From positions 16,351 to 80,350 of the IMG/VR virus record IMGVR_UViG_3300026521_000148: 64,000 nucleotides of DNA. One strand, 5' to 3'. A program made the position numbers and the translations under genes. A model generated the notes under the pieces. The model saw only the letters and a program-made list of their open reading frames with translations. It was not told the origin of the DNA and searched no databases. Shown here piece by piece: positions 30,946 to 40,733 of the stretch. Numbering within the stretch: the stretch's first letter is position 1; each line of letters begins with the position of its first letter. This stretch comes from a virus.

Positions 30946-31716
30946 ATGCGTATTTTAATACCATTGTTTATTTTGTCATTTTTATTACATGCAGGATGTC
31001 CTGTTAAAACTTATATACCTGTAAAGGCTAAAGAGTTAGCACCTATTATAGTTTCAGAAGTCGCTACTATAATACCTGAATATAACAGACCTTATTATTT
31101 CCAGTCACTTATAGAACATGAATCATGTGTTGCGTTATGTGGTAATGGATATTGGGCTAGAAGATGCTATAGCCCTGTATCCGAGCTTAAAACTAAAAGA
31201 GAGCAAGGTGTTGGTTTTTTTCAGTTAACTAGAACATTTAGAAAAGATGGTAGAATAAGATGGGATATCGTAGCAACGCTAAAAAAGAAACATCCCAAAG
31301 AACTACATGAACTAAACTGGGACAATATAAAACAGAGACCTGATTTACAAATAAAGGCTGGTCTTTTACTATGGCGTGATAACTATAGAAAGTTAGCGTC
31401 AACCATACCAGTAGAGGAGAGAGTTTATTTTGCTGATAGTATCTATAATGGTGGTGGGTATGTATATAAAGAAAGAAGGATATGTAAACTAAGAAAAGGT
31501 TGTGATCCTGATGTTTGGTTCGATAACGTAGAACTAATAAAGGACGTTAGAGGAAAAAAGAAATTATATGGTAATAGAACAGCATGGGATATAAATAGAC
31601 ATCATGTTAAAGATGTTACTAAAACAAGAATAGATAAGTATAAAAAATATGACGAGTCTAAGATATCATATTGTAAAGAAAATAACGGAACCATAACTTT
31701 TGGGTATAAGTTTTAG
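30946..31716 (+). CDS. Lytic transglycosylase (SLT-like) with signal peptide; candidate endolysin
   Basis: Signal peptide ending LHA; IEHES catalytic Glu, G.GFFQLT, YNGG. Confidence 0.75.
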   Translation: MRILIPLFILSFLLHAGCPVKTYIPVKAKELAPIIVSEVATIIPEYNRPYYFQSLIEHESCVALCGNGYWARRCYSPVSELKTKREQGVGFFQLTRTFRKDGRIRWDIVATLKKKHPKELHELNWDNIKQRPDLQIKAGLLLWRDNYRKLASTIPVEERVYFADSIYNGGGYVYKERRICKLRKGCDPDVWFDNVELIKDVRGKKKLYGNRTAWDINRHHVKDVTKTRIDKYKKYDESKISYCKENNGTITFGYKF

Positions 31717-31744
31717 TAGTATGTGGTTAATACCACATACTACT
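31715..31744. terminator. Hairpin between convergent genes
   Basis: AGTAGTATGTGGT-TAAT-ACCACATACTACT. Confidence 0.7.
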
Positions 31745-31916
31745 GTTTCTTTTCTATAATATTTCTATACTTATCTGGTATAGATTCATATACCTCATTA
31801 GCTTTTTCTTTGTTAAGTTCTTTTAAAACTTTATCACACCACACATAACACATATACTCATCGAAGTTAGTAGCGTCATAGTGTTTCTTAAAATAATATA
31901 ACTTTTCTCTATCCAT
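31740..31916 (-). CDS. Small hypothetical protein (58 aa)
   Basis: Read by hand: MDREKLYYFKKHYDATNFDEYVLCVCDK...; overlaps the upstream stop and fills the gap to the terminator. Confidence 0.55.
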   Translation of the reverse strand: MDREKLYYFKKHYDATNFDEYMCYVWCDKVLKELNKEKANEVYESIPDKYRNIIEKKQ

Positions 31917-32148
31917 TATTTAGCCCACCTGGAACAACTACGGTTATCTTAAGTCCTTCAGACTCTACATTTTCTATAAGATATTTCTCCACACATGCGT
32001 TATCTGTAAATGTGTACTTAGGTATATGATATCTCGTTTCTACCTTATTCGTATCTCTTATCTGGAGCATGATAGTACTTTCATTTACATCATGCTCAAA
32101 CTTTAAACTAAATTCCACGCCTGATAGGCTTGTTAATGTCTTATCCAT
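31909..32148 (-). CDS. Hypothetical protein
   Basis: 79 aa, AAGGA RBS. Confidence 0.6.
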   Translation of the reverse strand: MDKTLTSLSGVEFSLKFEHDVNESTIMLQIRDTNKVETRYHIPKYTFTDNACVEKYLIENVESEGLKITVVVPGGLNNG

Positions 32149-32157
32149 AACATTTCC

Positions 32158-33186
32158 TTATTTATTATTTATCTTATCACATAGTACTTTTAATACATAG
32201 TTTTTATCTTTAGAATACCTAACATCATCTGGTATAGTAATGTTAGTATCGTCTTCGATTTTTCTATAAAGTAATGTGAATCTTTTATACTTTGTTAGTC
32301 CATCTGTATTAAAACTAATTATATCAGGAAACTCTTCCTCTAATTTATACCGTAAATCATCAGTCCATGTCCTGTTGATATAGTCTATAATAACTTTATG
32401 GCTACCGTAAGTATCAAAATCGTCCTCATACATATCTATAACAGATTTTTTTACATCATATACAAACTTCCTAACTATATGAGATTTAATATCGTTTATA
32501 TCTATATTAAGTATATCTTCTAGTAAACCCATAGGACACCATTCTTTATCCTCATAAGCGCTACCTTGTAATACTTTAGTTCTGGGTATAAATGTATGTG
32601 TACCATATAACGGTTCCGGTAGGTCTACATTTATATATAGATAATCATCATAGTTAACGTCTAATTCTAGTAACTCTTCATTAGGTATATCTAAATTAAC
32701 TAAATATCCTAACGTAACAGTAAACTCCTCATAAACACCATCTCTATAGAACTTATCATAATCTCTTAAAACATAGTTACTTTTATCAAGTTGCCTAACT
32801 ATAGTTAATGGATCATCTTTCATTGCTGTATATAACTCTTCACTTATAACTCTATCAGACTGTTTTGTTTGTAAATGCCTGATGTCGTCTTTTGTTCTTA
32901 TTTCTATCTTAACAGGTATAAGGTTAAGTAAATCTTTAACCTCTTGCCCTATGTACAATAAAGGAACAGGGTATTCTAAATACTTATAACTTTTATCCTT
33001 AAGCAAACTAAGATCTTCTAATGCCGGGTTATTGGATTTAGTTATTATGTTAAGTTTATTTATGAGATTCTGAACATCGGTATCAGAAGGAACGACAGGA
33101 AACAATAATGCTTCCTTAAGTGTCGTTACTGTAAGAGTTTTATAATAAGTGAATCGAAATATATCTCTATTCTCATCAACTAGCAT
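32158..33186 (-). CDS. Hypothetical protein
   Basis: 342-aa ORF in operon. Confidence 0.75.
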   Translation of the reverse strand: MLVDENRDIFRFTYYKTLTVTTLKEALLFPVVPSDTDVQNLINKLNIITKSNNPALEDLSLLKDKSYKYLEYPVPLLYIGQEVKDLLNLIPVKIEIRTKDDIRHLQTKQSDRVISEELYTAMKDDPLTIVRQLDKSNYVLRDYDKFYRDGVYEEFTVTLGYLVNLDIPNEELLELDVNYDDYLYINVDLPEPLYGTHTFIPRTKVLQGSAYEDKEWCPMGLLEDILNIDINDIKSHIVRKFVYDVKKSVIDMYEDDFDTYGSHKVIIDYINRTWTDDLRYKLEEEFPDIISFNTDGLTKYKRFTLLYRKIEDDTNITIPDDVRYSKDKNYVLKVLCDKINNK

Positions 33187-33526
33187 TATATGCTACTATA
33201 GAAGCTGCTATAATGATAGCGTAAGCTAATATACGTATAGACTTAGCTATAAGGGCGGAACCAGCCCCTTGTGGTGTTTCAACTGCCTTAAGCCTTAAAT
33301 CCTCTTCTTTACCATATATAACATCTATAAAGAAGTCGGGTAAGAACTCTATAACAACAATACTAGCTAACGCTATAACAAAGATATTTATCGTCATGAT
33401 CATGCCTACACCAAATGTTAGGTTCTGAAATACTTTAGTATCAGGGTCCGTACTTAAATAGTACAACACGAACATAACTATAGTAATAACCATAGCCAAC
33501 TTTCTTTTTATTTTAACTATATCCAT
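33176..33526 (-). CDS. Membrane protein with 3 TM segments, putative holin
   Basis: 116 aa; TDPD...KA.E.P.GAG pattern recalled from membrane genes that accompany phage transglycosylases. Confidence 0.4.
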   Translation of the reverse strand: MDIVKIKRKLAMVITIVMFVLYYLSTDPDTKVFQNLTFGVGMIMTINIFVIALASIVVIEFLPDFFIDVIYGKEEDLRLKAVETPQGAGSALIAKSIRILAYAIIIAASIVAYNAS

Positions 33527-33548
33527 TATAGCTCCTTTTTGATTTAAC

Positions 33549-35483
33549 TCACTTTATTAAAGTTAATAGTTCTTCATAAGTGAGTATCTTTTTATTAAGT
33601 AGTTTAGCTTTATTTAGTTTACTACCGGGACTTTCACCATATACTAACATAGTGGTATCTTTCGTAACTGAACTAACTATATCCCCACCACTATCCTCTA
33701 TTATCTTTTTAACTTTAGATTTACCATTAGGGAAGCTGCCTGTTAAAACTATCTTCTCCCCAGATAACTTACCAACTGTATTAGACTTTACTTTTAAATT
33801 AAGAATTTGTTTAAATTCACTTATCATGTTCTTATGTTTATGCATATAGTTATCAAATGCTTCAGCTATCTCCTCACCTATGCCATCCTCTTTCATAAGT
33901 TCTTCTTTAGTAAAGTTTAGTAAATCCATACCGTATTTAGCTGTTAATCTTTTAGCTAATGTCCTACCGAAGTTAGGGATACCTAAAGCAGCTATAAACC
34001 TATCTAATTCTACATCTTTACTAGTATCTATAGATTTAAGGAGTTTATCGACTCCTTTCATAGTGAACCCACCTACTGAATAAACATCATCTGGTTGTAA
34101 TTTATATATATCTACTAAAGATTTTATATAACCAGCATCTACTAATTTATTTATAACACTAGGTCCAAGTCCATCTATATTCATATAGTCTCTACCTACA
34201 AAATGCATAATCTTTCTACCTATACGAGAAGGACATTCTTCGTTAGGACATTTTATATAAGTATCCTCTTTAATAACACCTGTACCACACGTAGGGCAAT
34301 GTTCTGGTTCTTTAACTACTTTAACTGTATCATCTCTCCTTTCTTTAAATACATGTGTTATCTTTGGTATGATGTCACCAGACTTTATAAGTATAATGTA
34401 ATCATTTATACGTATATCCTTTCTTTTTATCTCTTGGTAATTATGTAATGTCACTCTGGATACAACTGACCCATCTATAAGCGTTGGTTCTAATATAGCT
34501 ACTGGTGTTATAATGCCTGTTCTACCTACTTGTGTTTTAATATCTATGATCTTAGTAGTCTTCTCTACTGGTTCAAATTTCATAGCTACTGACCATTTAG
34601 GATATTTAACGGTATAGCCTATTTTATCATGCATAGTAGTTTTATTTACCTTAAATACGACGCCATCTAGTCCATAATTGTAACTATCCCTCTTATTAGT
34701 ATATTTACTAACAACTTCTTCTAATAGATCGGGTCTACATACAAACATTTGTTCAGCTGCTTTAAAATTAAGGTTCTTTAATATCTCATTACCTTCCTGT
34801 AATGACTCTATGTCGCTATCCTTTAACTCCCATGCTAAAAACTCTAATCCCCTTTCTTTAACAACTCTACTATCTAAACTTCTAATAGCGCCAGCTGCAG
34901 CATTTCTAGGGTTAGCTAATAATGCCTCCCCGTTATTTTCACGTTTCTTATTAATTATATCAAACCTCTTCTTAGACATAACAACCTCACCATTTACTAT
35001 AATCTTTCTCTTTAAAGATATTGTTAATGGTATATTTCCTATATATTTAGCATTACTAAAAACATCTTCACCTATGAGTCCATTACCTCTAGTTATAGCA
35101 TGTTTTAACTCACCATCTTCATAAACTAAACTTAACGTTAGTCCATCATACTTTGGTTCAGCTATTAGACATAATCTACCATATTTATCTATAATGTTTT
35201 CGTACCATTTAACAAAATCATCTATAGTAAATATATCTTGTTGTGAGTATAATCTTATCTCATGCTCTAATTTCTTAAAACTACTAGCAACTTCATACCC
35301 GACCTTTTGAGTAGGTGATAATGGATGGATAAAATTATGTTTAAGTTCGTACTCTTTTAACTCTTTCATAAGGTTATCATATTCATCATCACTTGCTAAT
35401 AGTGTATCAGAATTATAATATGCGTCAGAAAGCTTTTTAAGGTACCTTATAGCCTCTGAATATTCTTCCCTAGTAGATATCAT
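33549..35483 (-). CDS. ligA: NAD-dependent DNA ligase
   Basis: YY...D.EYD, EPKYDG, TRGNG..GED, NPRNAAAG, DGVVFK, VGRTG, C4 zinc finger, HhH repeats, BRCT. Confidence 0.97.
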   Translation of the reverse strand: MISTREEYSEAIRYLKKLSDAYYNSDTLLASDDEYDNLMKELKEYELKHNFIHPLSPTQKVGYEVASSFKKLEHEIRLYSQQDIFTIDDFVKWYENIIDKYGRLCLIAEPKYDGLTLSLVYEDGELKHAITRGNGLIGEDVFSNAKYIGNIPLTISLKRKIIVNGEVVMSKKRFDIINKKRENNGEALLANPRNAAAGAIRSLDSRVVKERGLEFLAWELKDSDIESLQEGNEILKNLNFKAAEQMFVCRPDLLEEVVSKYTNKRDSYNYGLDGVVFKVNKTTMHDKIGYTVKYPKWSVAMKFEPVEKTTKIIDIKTQVGRTGIITPVAILEPTLIDGSVVSRVTLHNYQEIKRKDIRINDYIILIKSGDIIPKITHVFKERRDDTVKVVKEPEHCPTCGTGVIKEDTYIKCPNEECPSRIGRKIMHFVGRDYMNIDGLGPSVINKLVDAGYIKSLVDIYKLQPDDVYSVGGFTMKGVDKLLKSIDTSKDVELDRFIAALGIPNFGRTLAKRLTAKYGMDLLNFTKEELMKEDGIGEEIAEAFDNYMHKHKNMISEFKQILNLKVKSNTVGKLSGEKIVLTGSFPNGKSKVKKIIEDSGGDIVSSVTKDTTMLVYGESPGSKLNKAKLLNKKILTYEELLTLIK

Positions 35484-35800
35484 CTAATCCTCCCTTCTAT
35501 AGCGTCTAGTGGTCTTATAGGTTTATTTTTACCACAACCTTTTCTTAAAATATATTTACCATTAAACATAGGTAATAAGCAAAGTTTATATCTCTCACAA
35601 TACCAACCTAGCTTATTGTTATTTTTAATGTTAACAGGGTAACGTGGTTTATTAACTGGGTTACCTACACAATCCCTTATTTCCAATGTTAAGACGTCTC
35701 TATCTAGTTTAATATTAAGTTTATCACTTTCTTTAAACAACATAGTTAAAAAAGATAAAACATCTTTAACAACGAAGCTACCGAAATCTACACTATCCAT
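35480..35800 (-). CDS. Hypothetical protein
   Basis: ~106 aa after AAGGAG; overlaps the ligA start. Confidence 0.65.
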   Translation of the reverse strand: MDSVDFGSFVVKDVLSFLTMLFKESDKLNIKLDRDVLTLEIRDCVGNPVNKPRYPVNIKNNNKLGWYCERYKLCLLPMFNGKYILRKGCGKNKPIRPLDAIEGRIR

Positions 35801-35823
35801 AGCCACTCCTTCATATGTTAATA

Positions 35824-35855
35824 ATTAGTATAACTATACTATATTAATAATATAT
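35824..35855 (-). promoter_or_regulatory. Putative early promoter with 5' hairpin
   Basis: Minus strand TATATTATTAATATAGTATAGTTATACTAAT. Confidence 0.7.
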
Positions 35856-35937
35856 ACTTATAATATAATCAATACCAAAAGTAATCTTTTTAAAAGAACT
35901 TTTAATCTGAACATAATAGTATAAAAAGGATGAAAAT

Positions 35938-37128
35938 ATGAGTGAAAAGAACACAAATAGTGGTAGTAATAAATGTTTATTATATAGCGATAAACTTATA
36001 AAATTTATAGATGAACCGATGTTCTTTGGTAGCGGTAAGAACACGCAACGTTATGACGAAATGAAATACGAGTGGTTCGACAAGAATAATAATAAACAAC
36101 AGGGGCATGACTGGGCATGGGATGAGATAACTAGTTCTGGTGATATCGTAGACCATGAACAGAAGCTTAGCGATGCTATGCGTTTTGTAACTAAGAAAGG
36201 ATTACAGAGGGCTATCTTCTTAGATAGCGTTAACGGTCGTGGTCCAGTGTTAATGTTTGGACAAGTAACAACTATACCTGAACTAGAAGCTGTTATAACA
36301 ACATGGCAGCACTTCGAAGTTAATAAACATAGTAGAACTTATACAAAACACTTAAGAGCTTTGTATACTAACCCAGGTGAAGTGTTCGATGAGTCATTCA
36401 CAGATCCTAATCTAACTAAGATAGCTAACTCTATCGCTGGTCCATATAATGCTGCATATAAAGCTGTTATAGAGTATATCTATAAAACTCTATTCGATAT
36501 AGAGTTAACAGAAGAGGATATGCGTAGAATTAAATCAGCTTTCATCATGGCTTGGGTAGAAGTTAATATTTTAGAAGGCATAAGATTCTATCCTTTCTTT
36601 AGTACAGTATGGGCTTACAACCATACACATAAATACATGAATGAACTAACAGGTGATCTTATTTTTATCGCTAGAGATGAGAATGAACATCTTAAGTTAA
36701 CACAACATGTTATCCATAAACTAAAGATGTACGAGATGGAAGGATTTAAAGATATCTTTAAGTCACTTATACCAAAAATAAAAGAAAGATATTACACAGC
36801 TCTATTAGAAGAATTTGAATGGATAGATTATCTGTTTAGTAACGGCAGTTATGTAGGTATGAATGCTAAGATATGTAAAGCTTATGTTGTATATTTAACT
36901 ATAAGAAGAATGCGTGCTATAGGCATAGAGCCTGATGTTGATAGAATAGGAGGAGTTCTTATAGAAGATAACCCTATCCCTTGGACAGAAGATTATATCG
37001 TTAATGATGATGAAGAGAAGTTACCTCAGGAAGAGAACGTTCTTAATTATATAGTTAATGCAGTTAACGATGATCTAACTCCTTCGAAAAGAAAAGAGTT
37101 ATTAACAACATATTTAAAAAATCTATAA
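35938..37128 (+). CDS. nrdB: Ribonucleotide reductase class Ia beta subunit
   Basis: LDSVNGRGP, E..KHSRTY (radical Tyr), LEGIRFY, IARDENEH, PQE....Y tail. Confidence 0.95.
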   Translation: MSEKNTNSGSNKCLLYSDKLIKFIDEPMFFGSGKNTQRYDEMKYEWFDKNNNKQQGHDWAWDEITSSGDIVDHEQKLSDAMRFVTKKGLQRAIFLDSVNGRGPVLMFGQVTTIPELEAVITTWQHFEVNKHSRTYTKHLRALYTNPGEVFDESFTDPNLTKIANSIAGPYNAAYKAVIEYIYKTLFDIELTEEDMRRIKSAFIMAWVEVNILEGIRFYPFFSTVWAYNHTHKYMNELTGDLIFIARDENEHLKLTQHVIHKLKMYEMEGFKDIFKSLIPKIKERYYTALLEEFEWIDYLFSNGSYVGMNAKICKAYVVYLTIRRMRAIGIEPDVDRIGGVLIEDNPIPWTEDYIVNDDEEKLPQEENVLNYIVNAVNDDLTPSKRKELLTTYLKNL

Positions 37129-37137
37129 GGAGAAAAG

Positions 37138-40100
37138 ATGAGTCAAATTTTAATAAAGAAACGTAGCGGCGTAATGGAACCACTTGACGATGAGAAATAT
37201 CACCAGCATGTAGAGGAAGCAGTTAAAGGTATAAAGGGTGTATCAGCATCGCAAATAGAGATGGACGCAGCTATGAATATAGTCGACGGTATGCGCTCTA
37301 CAGAGATACAACACGCATTGATCATGTCGGCTAGTAATAAGATACCAACTGACCCAAGATACAACAAACCGGCAGCTAGGCTACTTAACCAAGATTTAAG
37401 AAAAAGAGTTTATGGTGATTATAAACCAGATGATTTTGTTAAACATATCGTTGGTAATATCGAAAATGGTGTATATGATAAATCCTATTTAGAAGAGAAC
37501 TACACTGATGATGAGTTTAAAGAGTTATTGTCTATCATAGATTATGATAAAGATGATAAGTTCACATATTCTGGTTTAAAGAAAAATACTGATGGGTATT
37601 TGATAAAGCGTTATGGAGAGATAAAAGAAACTCCTCAAGAATCATACATCATGATAGCTATATTCGCATTTGCTAAGTATAAAGAAAAATATGATGTAGA
37701 AACAAGAGCATATTGGGTTAAAGAGTTATATACAGCATTAAGTGATTTTGAGATAAGTCTACCTACACCTATCATGGGTAAACTAAGAACAACTTTTAGA
37801 AACTTTATAAGTTGTGTACTTATTCCATTAGGAGATACGAAAAGAAGTATAGCTAACGCATTCTCTACTATATTAACTGTTGTTGCATCTGGTGCCGGTA
37901 TTGGGTTAGGCGGGTACGATATCCGTGGCCAAGGTGCTGATATAGATGATGGTAGAATGCAACATGTTGGTACATTCCCTATTATTAAAGCCAGTGAAAA
38001 AACTACTAAAGCTTTTGTACAACCAGATAGAGACGGTAGCACTACTGTATTCTATGCTTTTTACAATGTAGAGATCTTGAAGATGATGACATGGGGTAAT
38101 GCTAAAGGTACTGATGATACAAGAGCTAGAGATCTAGACCATGCCATTAACTTTAATAAGTTATTCTTCGAGAGATTAAGAGATGGTAAAGATATAACAT
38201 TATTTTTTACAAATGATGTACCTATGCTTAAAACATGTCTTGGTGATTTTAAAACTTTTAAAAGATTTTACGAACAATATGAAAATACTGTTCCTGTAGA
38301 AAGACAAACTAAGGTACCTGCAGAGGTTATATTCGATAATTTTATAGATGAACGCGTGTTACAGTCTAGAGAGTATGCCGCTTTCATGGATGCGGTGCAA
38401 ATGCATGGTGGTTATGATGTACCTATTAATCAGTTAAACCTTTGCGTTGTTGGTAGTACAGAAATATTAACAAAAGAGTATGGTAACATAGAAATAGGTA
38501 AATTAGTTAATGATATGGGAGTTACTAGTACGGAATGCTGGAATGGTGAGGAGTGGTCACAAACAGAATTATTTAAAACAAGTGACGGTCAAAAAGTTTG
38601 GACTATCATACTCAGTAACGGTGTTAAGCTGGAGGTAACGCCATACCATAAATGGTATGTTAAGAAAGATCCTAATAAGTACGATAGTCCGATAATCGAA
38701 AAAAGAACACACGAGTTACTAATAGGTGATAAACTAGAAAAATTCCTATTACCAGATGATGTCAAATTTGGCGATAAACTGATATTAAATCCCTATACAT
38801 CTGGTTTCTTCACATCTGATGGAACCGATTTAGGGCAAAATAAACGCATCCGTCTGTATAACGAAAAAACAAATTTATTAGATAAGTTATTTAAGAAGAT
38901 TAGGTATAAACGTTTTTTTAAAGCTAACGAAAATAATAACTCAGTTATTGAGGTATATTATTCGTCTAACTATTTAGAGGATAAATTTTTTGTACCAACA
39001 TCAGAATATAGAAAATCTGATGTATTAAAATGGTTAGCTGGTGTGTTGGATGGCGATGGAACAGTACTTAACAATAACGGGGCTATGTCTATACAACTAG
39101 CGTCTGTTAATGAAGAGTACCTTACTAAGATACGCTTACTTTTAGTAAATTTCGGTATCGATGCGAAAATCTCGGTTTTTAATAACGAGCGCGTTGTTCC
39201 TCTACCAACGAATAAGGGCGATGGTAGTGCGAAATTATATAAATGTAAAAAGGCATGGCGCATTACTATACCTGGTAATGATGTTAATACGTTAATAAAA
39301 CACGGCATAAAACTACATAGATTAGATATAAGACACCATGACTATAATAGAGATGCTAGGAGTTTCGTGACAGTTAAAGCTATAATCGACGATGGTGGCA
39401 TTAGTGATACCTATTGCGGTACAGAACCTAAAAGAAATAAATTATTGTTCAATGGCGTTTTAACAGGTAACTGTAACGAGATCGCACAGCCGACATTTCC
39501 ACTTGAGTCTTTGTATAATATTAAAAGAAATATTAGATTTTATACAGAAGAAGATATGAAACACTATTATGAATTAAGACATCAGTTATTCTCGTTACAA
39601 TCTTACGAAAATAAGTTTTCTTACACTATAAGAAAACAGATGACTAGACACTTTGAGTTTGTTAATAGTGATCTCGGAGCTACTGTAGATGAAACTTTAC
39701 CTTATGATTATTTCGATCTATTAGGTCTACCTGTTATGGATGAAACAGGTGTTTGTATTATTGCTGGTATAAATATAGGACATGTTAAAGTGGAAAGGCT
39801 CCCTATAGTTTCTGAATTGTTAGTTAGGGTTCTTGATGAGCTTATTGACTATAACAAATATGAATCTTCATACATGGAGAAAGCTGCTAAGATGCGTAGG
39901 GGCATAGGTATAGGTTTTAGTGATGTATTTCACTTATTAGCTATTAATGAAGTTAAGTATAATACTAAAGATGGTATGGAGCTGATTAATGAAAGATGTG
40001 AGTTAGCTACCTACCATATGATAAAAACATCTATACAACTAGCAGAAGATTTTGGTCCTTGTTTATTAAGTTACGATAATAAGTATAGTAAAGGTATATT

Positions 40101-40692
40101 CCCTATAGATACGTATGAAAAGAATGTTGATGAGTTGGTGTCTAGATCACCATTAGGGTTAGATTGGGATGGTCTTAAAGTTAGAGCTAGAAAATCCGGT
40201 ACTAGACATAGCACACTATTCGCTAATGCGCCATATGGTAACTCTGCGATACCTTCAGGTAGTACATCTGGTATAGAGCCACCTAGAAGTCTTATCTATA
40301 AGAAACATGGTTTATATAATGTTGTTCCTGATTACGAAACACACAAAGATTTCTACACTACAGCATGGAGTGATGAATTTAACAATGCTGATTACTTTAA
40401 GTTTACAGCTGTTGTTCAGAAGTGGTGGGATCAAGCATTAAGTCTTAATGAGTATAGAAACTTATTAAAATACGTAGATGGTAAGATACCTAAATCAGAG
40501 TTAATGAGAGATATACTTATAGCTATGCATTATGGACATAAATCTATGTACTACCTTAATGTTAAGTCTAAAGAAAAAGATAAAGACGGAGATGGTGATG
40601 ATAGTCTGTATAAAGCAGATATAAAAGAAGAGATTATTATAGAAGATGAAGATGATAGCATAAGCTGTGAAAGTGGTAGCTGTTCTATTTAA
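37138..40692 (+). CDS. nrdA: Ribonucleotide reductase class Ia alpha subunit (intein-containing)
   Basis: ATP cone, SLPTP, SCVL, NL[intein]CNEI, KSMYY, C-terminal CESGSCSI. Confidence 0.95.
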   Translation: MSQILIKKRSGVMEPLDDEKYHQHVEEAVKGIKGVSASQIEMDAAMNIVDGMRSTEIQHALIMSASNKIPTDPRYNKPAARLLNQDLRKRVYGDYKPDDFVKHIVGNIENGVYDKSYLEENYTDDEFKELLSIIDYDKDDKFTYSGLKKNTDGYLIKRYGEIKETPQESYIMIAIFAFAKYKEKYDVETRAYWVKELYTALSDFEISLPTPIMGKLRTTFRNFISCVLIPLGDTKRSIANAFSTILTVVASGAGIGLGGYDIRGQGADIDDGRMQHVGTFPIIKASEKTTKAFVQPDRDGSTTVFYAFYNVEILKMMTWGNAKGTDDTRARDLDHAINFNKLFFERLRDGKDITLFFTNDVPMLKTCLGDFKTFKRFYEQYENTVPVERQTKVPAEVIFDNFIDERVLQSREYAAFMDAVQMHGGYDVPINQLNLCVVGSTEILTKEYGNIEIGKLVNDMGVTSTECWNGEEWSQTELFKTSDGQKVWTIILSNGVKLEVTPYHKWYVKKDPNKYDSPIIEKRTHELLIGDKLEKFLLPDDVKFGDKLILNPYTSGFFTSDGTDLGQNKRIRLYNEKTNLLDKLFKKIRYKRFFKANENNNSVIEVYYSSNYLEDKFFVPTSEYRKSDVLKWLAGVLDGDGTVLNNNGAMSIQLASVNEEYLTKIRLLLVNFGIDAKISVFNNERVVPLPTNKGDGSAKLYKCKKAWRITIPGNDVNTLIKHGIKLHRLDIRHHDYNRDARSFVTVKAIIDDGGISDTYCGTEPKRNKLLFNGVLTGNCNEIAQPTFPLESLYNIKRNIRFYTEEDMKHYYELRHQLFSLQSYENKFSYTIRKQMTRHFEFVNSDLGATVDETLPYDYFDLLGLPVMDETGVCIIAGINIGHVKVERLPIVSELLVRVLDELIDYNKYESSYMEKAAKMRRGIGIGFSDVFHLLAINEVKYNTKDGMELINERCELATYHMIKTSIQLAEDFGPCLLSYDNKYSKGIFPIDTYEKNVDELVSRSPLGLDWDGLKVRARKSGTRHSTLFANAPYGNSAIPSGSTSGIEPPRSLIYKKHGLYNVVPDYETHKDFYTTAWSDEFNNADYFKFTAVVQKWWDQALSLNEYRNLLKYVDGKIPKSELMRDILIAMHYGHKSMYYLNVKSKEKDKDGDGDDSLYKADIKEEIIIEDEDDSISCESGSCSI
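38443..39471 (+). mobile_element. Intein (343 aa) with LAGLIDADG endonuclease in NrdA
   Basis: Starts CVVGSTEILTK, block B TPYH, LAGLIDADG motifs SGFFTSDG and LAGVLDGDG, ends NGVLTGN before the catalytic Cys. Confidence 0.93.
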
Positions 40693-40701
40693 AAAAACAA
40701 T

Positions 40702-40733
40702 ACATAACTATGGACCATGGTCCATAGTTATGT
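40702..40733. terminator. Perfect palindrome between convergent operons
   Basis: ACATAACTATGGACCA|TGGTCCATAGTTATGT. Confidence 0.75.

Noticed and set aside
36310-36345. NrdB metal-ligand spacing ExxxH instead of ExxH
   Set aside because: All other ligands and the radical Tyr are present, and I recall similar one-residue insertions in other phage NrdB proteins; not evidence of a new class
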